Shown in pieces: positions 38,868 through 48,664 of a DNA stretch of 64,000 bases. Location: contig JBGAIQ010000011.1 in NCBI GenBank assembly GCA_044225365.1, forward strand, positions 84,782 to 148,781. Direction: 5' to 3'. The position numbers and the translations under genes were made by a program. Within the stretch, counting starts at the first letter, position 1. Each line of letters opens with the position of its first letter. The DNA comes from Planctomycetota bacterium (GTDB lineage: Bacteria > Planctomycetota > B15-G4 > JADJEK01). Under the pieces are notes generated by a model, which ran no database searches, was not told where the DNA came from, and saw only the letters and a program-made list of their open reading frames with translations.

Positions 38868-39770
38868 TTAGTAGATCCGGACGCGCGTCCCGACTCGCGC
38901 GACGTTGAAGACGCGGTCGATGTCCTCGGCGAGCAGTCGGATGCAGCCGTGCGAGACGGGTTTCCCGATCCAGTTCTTCGGCGGCGATCCGCTGTAGCCG
39001 TGGATTCCGACGCCGCCCTGGCCGAGTAGCTTCTTGTCGAGCCCGAGCCAGTAGCCGCCGAGCACGTTCTTCTTGTCGTTCGGGCCGTAGACCTTCTTCG
39101 TCTTCGGGTCGCGCCAGGAAGGATGACGCACTCGCACCGCGATCCGAGTCGAGCCGGTCGGGGTCGGTGAGGCATGCGATCCACATGCGATCGGGAAATA
39201 ACCCATGAGCACGTGCTGCGTCGTCGCCATCTCGGCCGGATCATGGGGCTCGTCGAACGTCTCGCCCGGAACACGCACGGAGATCCAGAGCGCGAGCCGG
39301 AAGTGCTTGCGATCGACGACGATCCTCAAGCTGCCGTTGCTGAGATCGACCACCTTCAGTCGCTTGCCCGCTCCGACTCGCCGGGGATCGAGCTGCGGAT
39401 TGAGCGCGAGCAGCATCTCCGGGGCGATGCGATATCGACTCGCGATCCCGGACGGCAATTGCCCCGCCTTCACTTTGTGACGCAGGATGCCGAGCCGCTC
39501 CATCCCCGGGATCACTTCGCCCGAGAAGAACGCCCGCTTCACGAAGGGTTGCAACCGCGCCGCGATCGCATGCCCCTCGTCCGTGGGTCGCTCGGAGATC
39601 GCTCGACTCGCCTCGAGGATCAGCGGCACGATCGCGGCGGGATCGCTCTTGGCGTCGGCGAATCGCTCGTCGAGCGAGATCGACGGAGCCGCGACCGCCA
39701 CTCCCCCGCATGCAAGCAGCGAGACGAGCCACAACACGATCGACTTCGAGAGATCCCAACCGGGCGCCAT
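38868..39770 (-). CDS. L,D-transpeptidase (YkuD) with LysM-like domain
   Basis: HKVKAGQ..SGIASRY..LLALNP LysM; TPTG, GIHG, SHGCIRL. Start codon uncertain. Confidence 0.85.
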   Translation of the reverse strand: MAPGWDLSKSIVLWLVSLLACGGVAVAAPSISLDERFADAKSDPAAIVPLILEASRAISERPTDEGHAIAARLQPFVKRAFFSGEVIPGMERLGILRHKVKAGQLPSGIASRYRIAPEMLLALNPQLDPRRVGAGKRLKVVDLSNGSLRIVVDRKHFRLALWISVRVPGETFDEPHDPAEMATTQHVLMGYFPIACGSHASPTPTGSTRIAVRVRHPSWRDPKTKKVYGPNDKKNVLGGYWLGLDKKLLGQGGVGIHGYSGSPPKNWIGKPVSHGCIRLLAEDIDRVFNVARVGTRVRIY

Positions 39771-39897
39771 GCCGCTCGCGATCGTCGCACAGCCCCACCC
39801 AAGCTGCAAGCGAACGTCGCGGAATCCGCCATCCCGTCCTCTCGCCGTCGTTTGATAGATTGGATCCTCGCGACCATGAATGCCCGGAGTGAGCCTC

Positions 39898-41229
39898 ATG
39901 AAGACCTCGTTCGACCGCGCCACCCTTGATCGGCTGTATCGCGACCACATCGCTTCGCTCACCAGGTCGTACGCGAACGCCCTCGCGGGCACGGGCTACG
40001 ACGGAGTCGTCATCCACTCCGGAACACCCGCGAAGCGAAGCATCTTCGACGACCAGTTCTGGCCGCAGCGCGCCGTGCCGCACTTCCAGCATTGGCTGCC
40101 CCTCGTGACCCCGCATTCCGCGCTCGTGATCGAAGCGGGCAAGAAACCGCTCTTCGTCTACTTCAACATCGTCGACTTCTGGGAGCAGCCCCCGCAGCCC
40201 GAGAGCGACCACTTCTGGTCGTCGTTCGACGTGAAGGAAGTGAACGACCTCGCGAAGATGAAGGACGCGCTTCCCAAGGGCAAGAAGCTCGCGTTCATCG
40301 GCGAGGATCGCGCCGACGCCGCAACGTTCGGATTCGCCGACGCCGACATCACACCCGAAAAGGTCGTCGCGAAGCTCGACCAGCTCCGCATCCACAAGAC
40401 GGCCTACGAAGAACTCTGCCTGCGCGAGGCCAACCTCCGCGCGGCCGCAGGTCACAAGAAAGTCGCCGAAGCCTTCATGAAGGGCGAGTACAGCGAACTG
40501 CAGCTCCACCTCATGTACCTCGAGGCAACGGAACTCGACGACCCCGAAACGCCGTACAAGAACATCGTCGCCCTCGGCGAACACGCCGCGACCTTGCACC
40601 ACGTCGGGTACTCGCGGCAGCCGCAGGCCGCGCAATCCCTCCTCCTCGACGCCGGAGCGCGCTGCCTCGGCTACGACAGCGACATCACGCGCACCTACGT
40701 GAAGGGCAAGGGCGCGACCGTATCCGTCTTCGCGGGGATGATCGAGAAGATGAACGCGCTACAGCTCGAGCTGTGCCGCCGCGTGAAGCTCGGCCTCCCT
40801 TACGAACAACTGCACAATCAATCCCACGAGTTGCTCGCGCCGATGCTGCGCGACCTCGGGATCGCCAAGGGCAGCGACGCCGAACTCGTCGACACCGGCG
40901 TCACGCGCAAGTTCCTCCCCCACGGCCTCGGCCACTCGCTCGGTCTGCAGACCCACGACGTCGGCTGTCGCAACACGCAACCCGAGGCGCGCAATCCGTG
41001 GCTGCGCAACACGACGAAGGTCGAGACCGGCCAGGTCTTCACGATCGAACCCGGCTGCTACTTCATCGACTCGCTCCTGAAGGAACTCGAAAGCAGCCCA
41101 CAAGGTCGCATGATCGACTGGAAGCTCGTTCACGAGCTGCGCGCGTTCGGCGGCGTCCGAGTCGAGGACGACCTCGCCGTGACCACGGGCGGCTCGACGA
41201 ACTTCACCCGCGAGTTCCTGCCGAAGTGA
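39898..41229 (+). CDS. pepQ: Xaa-Pro dipeptidase (prolidase)
   Basis: PYKNIVAL..HAATLH, LLDAGA, SDITRT, PHGLGHSLGLQTHDVG, TIEPG, GGVRVEDD. Confidence 0.92.
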   Translation: MKTSFDRATLDRLYRDHIASLTRSYANALAGTGYDGVVIHSGTPAKRSIFDDQFWPQRAVPHFQHWLPLVTPHSALVIEAGKKPLFVYFNIVDFWEQPPQPESDHFWSSFDVKEVNDLAKMKDALPKGKKLAFIGEDRADAATFGFADADITPEKVVAKLDQLRIHKTAYEELCLREANLRAAAGHKKVAEAFMKGEYSELQLHLMYLEATELDDPETPYKNIVALGEHAATLHHVGYSRQPQAAQSLLLDAGARCLGYDSDITRTYVKGKGATVSVFAGMIEKMNALQLELCRRVKLGLPYEQLHNQSHELLAPMLRDLGIAKGSDAELVDTGVTRKFLPHGLGHSLGLQTHDVGCRNTQPEARNPWLRNTTKVETGQVFTIEPGCYFIDSLLKELESSPQGRMIDWKLVHELRAFGGVRVEDDLAVTTGGSTNFTREFLPK

Positions 41230-42377
41230 CGGCGTCCGCCACGGTCCACGTCCTCGCGCTCAACGTCGGAAGCTCGTCGCTCAAGTACGAACTCGCGCTC
41301 GTCACGAAGGGCCATGTCGTCGCTCGTCCGCTCTCCGGGGAGATCGCCCGCTTCGGCCCACGCGCCGAGGTGATCGAATCGAGCGCAGGCGCGGCGAACG
41401 CCCGCCTGAAAGTCCGACGGGGCAGCCTCGGGACGCTCGAAGACACCGTCGTCTTCGCGATCGATCGCGCCCGCGCGACGGCGACGGAATTGCGAAAACC
41501 GATCGATTGCGTCGCGCATCGCATCGTCCACGGGGGAACGCGATTCACGGTTCCGACGAAACTTGGCAAACGCGAGCTCCTCCAACTCGACGAGCTGTCA
41601 CCCTGCGCGCCGCTGCACCAGCCTGCCGCCCTGCGCGCAGTCCGAACCGCGATGCGCGCGCTGACGCCGCGCACTCCGCACATCGGCGTCTTCGACACGG
41701 CGTTCCACGCGACGCTGCCCGAGGCCGCCTGGCGCTACCCGATCGACAAGGCCCTCGCAGATCGACATGGCATCCGCAAGTTCGGCTTCCATGGCCTCGC
41801 CTTCGAGTCCGTGATGCGACAGTTGCCCGACCTCATCGGCAAGCCGCGCCGGCGCATCGCCGCCGTCCTGCTCCATCTCGGCTCGGGTTGTTCCGCAGCG
41901 GCGGTGAAAAACGGCGAGTGCATCGACACCACGATGGGACTCACGCCGCTCGAAGGGCTGATGATGCGCACGCGCTGCGGCGACATCGACCCCGCCGTCC
42001 CACTGCATCTCTCGAGCGCGGCGGGACTGTCGCGAAGCGAAGTCATGAAGCTGCTCTGGCGGCGCTCCGGCCTTTCTGGGATCGCAGGCGGCGAGGGAGA
42101 CATGCGGACGCTACTTACTCGCGAACGCACGGATCCGAGTGCGCGCCTCGCGCTCGAAATGTTCGTCCTGCGCGCCAAGAAGCAGCTCGGCGCGTATCTC
42201 GCGCTGCTCGGGCGCGCCGATGCGATCGTGTTCTCCGGCGGGGTCGGCGAGCATGCGGTGACGATCCGCCATCGAATCGTGCGCGGCATCGAGACGAAAG
42301 CCCGTGTGCTCGTCGTGAAATCGAACGAAGGCGACGTCATCGCGGTGCTTGCCGCGAATACCTTGACCCGGCGTTGA
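41226..42377 (+). CDS. ackA: Acetate/propionate kinase
   Basis: LNVGSSSLK, HRIVHGG, VFDTAFH, RKFGFHG, HLGSGCS, TTMGLTPLEGL; GTGA overlap with pepQ. Confidence 0.9.
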   Translation: MTASATVHVLALNVGSSSLKYELALVTKGHVVARPLSGEIARFGPRAEVIESSAGAANARLKVRRGSLGTLEDTVVFAIDRARATATELRKPIDCVAHRIVHGGTRFTVPTKLGKRELLQLDELSPCAPLHQPAALRAVRTAMRALTPRTPHIGVFDTAFHATLPEAAWRYPIDKALADRHGIRKFGFHGLAFESVMRQLPDLIGKPRRRIAAVLLHLGSGCSAAAVKNGECIDTTMGLTPLEGLMMRTRCGDIDPAVPLHLSSAAGLSRSEVMKLLWRRSGLSGIAGGEGDMRTLLTRERTDPSARLALEMFVLRAKKQLGAYLALLGRADAIVFSGGVGEHAVTIRHRIVRGIETKARVLVVKSNEGDVIAVLAANTLTRR

Positions 42378-42455
42378 CGTGCGGTTTCGGATCCGACGCG
42401 AACTGGGCAAGCGATTCGCGTTGCGTCGCACCCGCACTTCGCATGGAATCGAACC

Positions 42456-44816
42456 GTGAAGAAGCCGACACTACGCAAGAAGTCCGATCCGCTCGAACTC
42501 TACCTCCGCGCCGCGGACTACCTCGCCGCCGCGCAGATCTACCTGCAGGGGAATGAACTCCTCGAAGAGCCGCTCCAACCCGCGCACATCAAGGAGCGCC
42601 TGCTCGGGCACTTCGGAACGGCGCCTGGCATCAATCGAATCTGCGCGCATCTCAATCGACTGATCCAGAGGACGGGAGCGCACACGCTCCTCCTCACGGG
42701 TCCGGGCCACGGCGCGGCCGCGAACTACGCGAACCTCTTCCTCGAAGGAACGCTCTCCGAATTCTTCCCCAAGATCACGCACGATCGCGCAGGCATTCGT
42801 GAACTACTGCGGCAGTTCTCCTGGCCCTACGGCTTGCCGAGTCACCTCAGTCCGAGCGTCCCTGGAGTGATCCATGAGGGCGGCGAACTCGGCTACGCAC
42901 TCTCGACAGCCTTTGGCGCCGCCCTCGACGCGCCGGGCAAACTCGTGGTGTGCATCCTCGGCGACGGCGAAGCCGAGACCGGTCCGACGGCGACGGCGTG
43001 GCATGGCTCCAAGTTCATGAACCCCCGCACCGATGGTGCCGTGCTGCCGATCCTCCTGCTCAACGGCTACAAGATCGCGAACCCGTCGCTCTCGGCTTCG
43101 ATGAGCGATGACGAACTCGTCGCGCTCTATCGCGGCCTCGGTTGGGATCCGCGGATCGTCGTCTACGAGCGCTTCTTCGAGCCGCAGATGGATGCCGCGC
43201 TGCTGTCGGCTCACACGCGCATCGAAGCGATCCGTCGCCGGGCGAAGGGAAAGCAGGCCCGGCACGGCTGGCCCATGCTCATCCTGAAGACGCCGAAGGG
43301 CATGGGTTGCCCGAAGGAGGTCGACGGGAAGCACGTCGAGGGTTCGTTCCGCGCGCATCAGATCCCGGTGAAGGACCCGAAGCACGATCCCGCGCATCTG
43401 CATCTGCTCGAAGCGTGGCTGCGCTCGTATCGCCCGCAAGAATTGTTCGACGCCACGGGCAAGCCGATCGCGGCGATTCTCTCGACGGTGCCGAAGCACG
43501 ATCTCCGCACGGCCCTCGACCGCGGCGCGAATGGCAATGCGCTCGTGCCGCTCACGCAGCCCGATCCCAAGCGCTACGCCGTCAAAGTGAAGCCGCGCGG
43601 CACCAAGGCGAAGCCGATGGGCCCGCTCACGGACTACTTGAAGGCCATCGTCGAGAAGAACGGAAAGGCGCGGAACTTCCGCGTCGTGTGTCCGGACGAG
43701 CTCGAATCGAATCGCCTCGGCGGCCTGCTCGACGTCACGACGCGGCAATTCAACTGGCCGACTCCGAAGTACACCGAGAAGACGAGCGTCGACGGCCGTG
43801 TGCTCGAGATGCTCTCCGAGCACATGTGTCAGGGATGGTTACAAGGCTACCTGCTCACGGGCCGCCACGGTCTCTTCCCGTGCTACGAAGCGTTCATCCC
43901 GATCGTCGACGGGATGATGAATCAGTTCGCGAAGTTCCTGAAGTCGTCGCGCGAGGTGGCGTGGCGCAAGGCCGTCCCATCGCTGAATTACCTCCTGACG
44001 TCGGAGTCGTGGCGACAGGATCACAACGGCTACTCGCACCAGGGTCCTGGCTTCATCAACAACCTGCTGACCAAGAAAGGGCAGGTCTACCGGATCTACT
44101 TGCCCCCCGATGCCAACTGCCTGCTGTCGACGATCGATCACTGCCTGCGCTCCACGAACTACATCAACCTCGTGATCGCCGGGAAGCAGGAGATGCCGCA
44201 GTGGCTCACGATGAACGAAGCGATCGCGCATTGCCGCGTCGGCGCGTCGATCTGGCCCTTTGCGGGAAATCACGGCGGCGAGGATCCGGAGGTGATCCTC
44301 GGCTGCTGCGGCGACAACCCGACGCTCGAAGTGATGGCGGCGGCCGACATCGTCGCGCAGGCCTGCCCGGATTGGCGAATCCGTGTCGTCAACGTGACCG
44401 ACCTCACATCGATCGGCATCCAGGAGAAGTACGCGCACGGCCTCAGCGAGGATCGTTTCGAGCGGTTGTTCCCGCTCGACATCCCCGTGATCTTCCACTT
44501 CCACGGGTACACGGCGGCATTGAAGCAATTGCTATGGGAGCGTCCGCGGCGCGAGCGCTTCGCGATCCATGGCTATCGCGAAGAAGGATCGACGACGACG
44601 CCGTTCGACATGCACGTCCGCAATCGGACGAGTCGCTACCACCTGGTCCAGCGCATCGCTCGCGTCGTCGCCGTGAAGCGGCCGAACGAAGCTGCACGGT
44701 GCGAAGAGCTGATCCGCGAGTACGAGGAGAAACTCCGCGCGCACCGCATCTACGTCGAGGCGAGCGGGATCGATCCCGTGGAGATCGCGGAGTGGAAGTT
44801 CGGGTCGGTTCGGTGA
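42456..44816 (+). CDS. xfp: Phosphoketolase (Xfp/Xpk family)
   Basis: LLGHFGT, GPGHG, IHEGGELGY, GDGEAETGP, LNGYKI, CPDELESNRL, QDHNGYSHQGPG, EEGSTTTPFDM. Confidence 0.95.
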   Translation: MKKPTLRKKSDPLELYLRAADYLAAAQIYLQGNELLEEPLQPAHIKERLLGHFGTAPGINRICAHLNRLIQRTGAHTLLLTGPGHGAAANYANLFLEGTLSEFFPKITHDRAGIRELLRQFSWPYGLPSHLSPSVPGVIHEGGELGYALSTAFGAALDAPGKLVVCILGDGEAETGPTATAWHGSKFMNPRTDGAVLPILLLNGYKIANPSLSASMSDDELVALYRGLGWDPRIVVYERFFEPQMDAALLSAHTRIEAIRRRAKGKQARHGWPMLILKTPKGMGCPKEVDGKHVEGSFRAHQIPVKDPKHDPAHLHLLEAWLRSYRPQELFDATGKPIAAILSTVPKHDLRTALDRGANGNALVPLTQPDPKRYAVKVKPRGTKAKPMGPLTDYLKAIVEKNGKARNFRVVCPDELESNRLGGLLDVTTRQFNWPTPKYTEKTSVDGRVLEMLSEHMCQGWLQGYLLTGRHGLFPCYEAFIPIVDGMMNQFAKFLKSSREVAWRKAVPSLNYLLTSESWRQDHNGYSHQGPGFINNLLTKKGQVYRIYLPPDANCLLSTIDHCLRSTNYINLVIAGKQEMPQWLTMNEAIAHCRVGASIWPFAGNHGGEDPEVILGCCGDNPTLEVMAAADIVAQACPDWRIRVVNVTDLTSIGIQEKYAHGLSEDRFERLFPLDIPVIFHFHGYTAALKQLLWERPRRERFAIHGYREEGSTTTPFDMHVRNRTSRYHLVQRIARVVAVKRPNEAARCEELIREYEEKLRAHRIYVEASGIDPVEIAEWKFGSVR

Positions 44817-44847
44817 TGCAGAACGGCTGGACGAACGCGCCTTCGAC

Positions 44848-47454
44848 TCATCGAATCGCGATTCGCGCGCCGCGGAACTTCACGATCGTCGCGTCGCCGC
44901 TGTGGACTTGGAACATGAGGTAGCCGTCCGCGTCCATCGCGTCTTCGTAGTCGGCGCAGGGCACGCCGTTGATGAAGCTGCGGATTCGGGAGCCCACGCA
45001 CTCGACTCGATAGTGATTCCACTCGCCGCGTTTGAACGCGGCGCGCGCGGCGGCGTTGCCCTCGAGCGATTGCAGCCAACCGCGACGGCCCTCGTCGTAG
45101 AGGCCGCCGGACCACGCGCGGGCGGAGGAGTCGACTTCGATCTGACAGCCGTACACGATTCCTTGCTCGTTGACGTGACTTCGCAACTGGATGCCGCTGT
45201 TGCCACCGTCTTGCAGCCACACGTCCGTCTCGAGCACGAAGTCCTTCAGCACCTGCGGGCTCATCAGGAAACTGTTGCGCTTCAACGAACCGGTACCGAC
45301 GAGTTCGCCTGCTTCGATCTTGAATTGCGCCTCGCCCACGGTCTTCCAGGTGTCGAGGGGCCACAGTTCGAACAAGGGCTTCAGCGCCTCGTTCGCGGGC
45401 GCCTCGGGGGCTGCGACTTCGGGTCGATGCGGCGAACCCGCGAGCGCTTCGAAGTCGGCTCCCGCATCCTTCGGGATCTTGTTCAGCGTGTACCAGCCCT
45501 CCGTCGCCCACATCCGCGATCCGCGGTCGTCGACGAAACGCAGGAGACGCAGGTGCACGACGCGCCCTTCTTTCAGGCCATCGATCGCGATGAACGCATG
45601 CTGGCGGTCCTTGCCGACCGTCACCGACTTCACGGCGAGCTTCTCTTCATCGACCTTGGGTCCGCCATAGTCGGCCGTCGGCTCGTAGCGCCATTGCTCG
45701 ATCGCGTAGTGCGCCGGGTCCGACAGGACATCGACCGGAACCGGTCGCGTCAGCTCGACGAGGAAGCCGTCGTGTCGCGCCCTCACCGAGAGGATCTCGA
45801 ACGCCGTCCGCCCGTTCGGTTTCAGACGCTGAAGTCCGAATTTGGTCTCGTTCCAGTTCCAGTTGCCGTTGCTCCCGATTCCGCCGACGTACAGGCAACC
45901 ATCGGGTCCGAGGATCGTGCGGTTGATTCCGGCTTCGAGCCCCTGCGTGTGCTGGAAGACGACCCCCTGCACTTCGCTCCCCGCCGGGTCGAGGCGATCG
46001 AGGTAGATTCGATTCAATCCGCCGTGCGTCACGTCGCCGACCAGGATCTGTCCCGCGTACGGGCCGCTCGGCATGAAGAGCGGCTGCGACGGCGAGTTCG
46101 CGATCTCGTTCTGCGGGAGCCACGCGACGGGCGGCACGGCTTGTCGTGCGGCCGTACGGCCCGCTTGATGCCCGTAGAAACCGCCTTTCACGACGCGATC
46201 GAGCCGCGACGACGGCAGCCACGACCCCTGGTTGTCGCAGAGGTAGATGTCGCCATCAGGGCCGAAGGTCATGCCGTTCGGCGTTCGGAAACCATCCGCG
46301 AACACCTCCCAGGTTCCCTTCTTGGCGTCGACCTTCAGCAACGATCCCGGGCCATAGGGCACGGGGAATCCCGGTTCGCTGCCCTCGAGATACGTCGTGA
46401 GCCCCGTCTTCAGGGGCACCGAAGTCGACACGTAGAAGAACCCGTCGCGATGCAGCAGGTTGAACGTGAATTCGTGATAGTTCGCAGACGCGTTCCATCC
46501 GCCCGCGATCGCGTTGTATTCGTCCGCGACTCCATCGCCGTCGCGATCGACGAGCTGCGTGATCTCCTGCTTCTGCGAGACGTAGATCACGCCGTCGACG
46601 ATCGCGCAGCCGAGCGGCTCACCGAGGCCGTTCGCGAAGCGATGCAGGCTGCGCTGCTTCTCGTCGTCGAGATGGTCCATCAAGTACACAGACCCCGTCT
46701 CGTCCCACGTGCAGATCACGAGCCGACCGTCGGGCAGGAACGCGAGAGCGCCGACCTTGGGCTCGAATCCCGAAGGCCGAATCGTCTCGAGGGAATATCC
46801 GGGGTGCACGCCTTCCAGCGGTCGGCCATCGCCCGGGAAGTCGGCCATCGCGCCCTTTCGTGAGTAGCGCTTCTTGCCGGGAGCGACGACGTGAGTGAGA
46901 CCGTCTTCTTCCTTCAGCACGCTGCCGTCGAGCACGGCGAACTCGCCGCCGCCGATCGCGCGCGACGAGAGCACGAGCTCGGGCGTCCCACCGCCGTGAT
47001 AGAAGCGCAGCAGGAACGGATGGCGCCCCGCCGTCAGATCGACGATCGCGTCGCGCGGCTTGCCGAGGGATTCTTCGGCGTCGATCGCCAGCTTGTCGTC
47101 GATTCGCAACTCGGCCCCGCCGGACGCAACGAGTCGAAGCTCACGCTTCCCGTTCTCCGCGATCTCGAGGAATCCGTGGATCTCGCCGTAGAAGTCCGTC
47201 GCGAGCGTTCCGATCGGACCGTGGAAGTCGATGTTCTTCGCGTCGAACGATACGTTCGGCGTCTGCCCTGGAACGAGGGTCGGCATCCCTTCCTGGCGTT
47301 CCTCGATGTCGAATCCATACACCGTGACGCCCGGCTTCACGCTGACCTGCTGCGCGATCGCGCAGGGCGCGAGTGCCGCAAGGGACGCGGCGATCGCGAG
47401 GACTCTCGCAAACTCCTTCGAATCGCCAAACCCCAAGCGCCAAACGCTACTCAC
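44848..47454 (-). CDS. Secreted PA14 + sugar-dehydrogenase-like beta-propeller + DUF1080 protein
   Basis: Likely GTG start 47454 overlapping the upstream stop; PA14-like region, GFRTPNG, DNQGSW, and C-terminal NSGIQLRS, WSGGLYDE, WNHYRV, FQVHSG. Confidence 0.8.
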   Translation of the reverse strand: MSSVWRLGFGDSKEFARVLAIAASLAALAPCAIAQQVSVKPGVTVYGFDIEERQEGMPTLVPGQTPNVSFDAKNIDFHGPIGTLATDFYGEIHGFLEIAENGKRELRLVASGGAELRIDDKLAIDAEESLGKPRDAIVDLTAGRHPFLLRFYHGGGTPELVLSSRAIGGGEFAVLDGSVLKEEDGLTHVVAPGKKRYSRKGAMADFPGDGRPLEGVHPGYSLETIRPSGFEPKVGALAFLPDGRLVICTWDETGSVYLMDHLDDEKQRSLHRFANGLGEPLGCAIVDGVIYVSQKQEITQLVDRDGDGVADEYNAIAGGWNASANYHEFTFNLLHRDGFFYVSTSVPLKTGLTTYLEGSEPGFPVPYGPGSLLKVDAKKGTWEVFADGFRTPNGMTFGPDGDIYLCDNQGSWLPSSRLDRVVKGGFYGHQAGRTAARQAVPPVAWLPQNEIANSPSQPLFMPSGPYAGQILVGDVTHGGLNRIYLDRLDPAGSEVQGVVFQHTQGLEAGINRTILGPDGCLYVGGIGSNGNWNWNETKFGLQRLKPNGRTAFEILSVRARHDGFLVELTRPVPVDVLSDPAHYAIEQWRYEPTADYGGPKVDEEKLAVKSVTVGKDRQHAFIAIDGLKEGRVVHLRLLRFVDDRGSRMWATEGWYTLNKIPKDAGADFEALAGSPHRPEVAAPEAPANEALKPLFELWPLDTWKTVGEAQFKIEAGELVGTGSLKRNSFLMSPQVLKDFVLETDVWLQDGGNSGIQLRSHVNEQGIVYGCQIEVDSSARAWSGGLYDEGRRGWLQSLEGNAAARAAFKRGEWNHYRVECVGSRIRSFINGVPCADYEDAMDADGYLMFQVHSGDATIVKFRGARIAIR

Positions 47455-48530
47455 GGCTTCCCCCACATCTCGACGAACGTCGAATCCCCGTCGCCTTCGA
47501 GCACGAGCACGTCGCCGAGATCGTCGCTGCGCTGACTCGCGTTGCCGCTCACGCGATACGTCGGATTCTTCGCCGTGCCCGCGAGCGAGAGCCAGAGACT
47601 CGTCCCTGCGGGCAGCCCGTTCACGTGGAATCGTCGCTCGAGCGCGCCGCGATCCGCTCCATCGATCGCTTCCGGGCTCTCGTCGACCATCACGGTTTGC
47701 CCACTCTTCGTGAGGAGCGCATAGCGGAGCGTGACGCGGCCGTCTCCGTTCTTGCCGCTGCGCACGTAGCCCTTCCAGATCGGCGTCAGGTTGGATCGTT
47801 CGTCGCCGACGCGCTGGCTCCACGCCAGATACGACCCGTGGATTCGCAGGTTGCGCAGCTCCTTCTTGTCCTCCGCCTTGCCCTGGACGAATCGCACCTT
47901 CACGGTGGGGCCGCCCACCGCGATCGCCTTGATGTTCTCCTGCCAGTCCGTGTCGCTGTCGCGATGCATGGTCGAGAAGAAGTACTGCGCGTCGTAGGCC
48001 TTGCCGCCGTCCTTCGAGACCTCGACTCGGAACGGCGCCCGACGCGACTTCTCGTCGAAGTAGATCATCACGTTGGTGAAGCGCGTGAGGTCGAGCGGGG
48101 GTGTCTCGAACGTCGCTCCGTCCGCGTCGAAGCGGAACGAACTGCCCGTGCTCACGTCCTTCGCCACGAACCCGGATGGGACCGCGCTCGCGTCGAGGAC
48201 CCGCGCGAGGTCCGCGAGTTGGGAGTAGTAGACGGGTGGCTTGCCGACCGAGCACTGCTGACTGAAGTCGTAGACCTTGCCGTGGAAGTCGATCCCACCG
48301 CCGAACGCCTTCACGAGGGAGCAGGTGGCGGGGTCGTAGACCACGAACAGCTCGGGCCGCAGCGCGATGACGCACATGCGCGACTTCTCCTCGAAGATCG
48401 CGCGAAAGACGAACGGGTCGCGGCCGCGGACCGGGGTCACCGGGTTCTCCTCCGCATCGGCCAAAAGCCGCTGGCAAAGAACGAGTAGGGCGCCGCCGCA
48501 GACGGTCAGGAGCCACGTTGCGCACTTCAT
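47451..48530 (-). CDS. Secreted hypothetical protein
   Basis: GGAG RBS, signal-like N-terminus, RDPFVFRAIFE..RM, GGIDFHGKVYD; coupled to the downstream gene. Confidence 0.7.
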   Translation of the reverse strand: MKCATWLLTVCGGALLVLCQRLLADAEENPVTPVRGRDPFVFRAIFEEKSRMCVIALRPELFVVYDPATCSLVKAFGGGIDFHGKVYDFSQQCSVGKPPVYYSQLADLARVLDASAVPSGFVAKDVSTGSSFRFDADGATFETPPLDLTRFTNVMIYFDEKSRRAPFRVEVSKDGGKAYDAQYFFSTMHRDSDTDWQENIKAIAVGGPTVKVRFVQGKAEDKKELRNLRIHGSYLAWSQRVGDERSNLTPIWKGYVRSGKNGDGRVTLRYALLTKSGQTVMVDESPEAIDGADRGALERRFHVNGLPAGTSLWLSLAGTAKNPTYRVSGNASQRSDDLGDVLVLEGDGDSTFVEMWGKP

Positions 48531-48664
48531 GCTGACTCCGAGTACGGACTCGTCGCGAGGACAAAGAGGGTCGACGGCGGAAGTTCCAAGGTGTTCTTCT
48601 ACGTTCGACCCTGCGTTTCGGACGATAATAGAAGCCCACGGATCTCGCTGGATCGACCTTCGCG

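Noticed and set aside
47455-48639. N-terminal extension of the 1263-aa ORF; likewise the long upstream extensions of ORFs 1066-3123, 18218-20488, 32359-33714, 33204-34526, 40092-42377
   Set aside because: Arg-rich alternate-frame read-through over real neighbouring genes, typical of high GC; starts were reassigned using overlaps, RBS and motifs.
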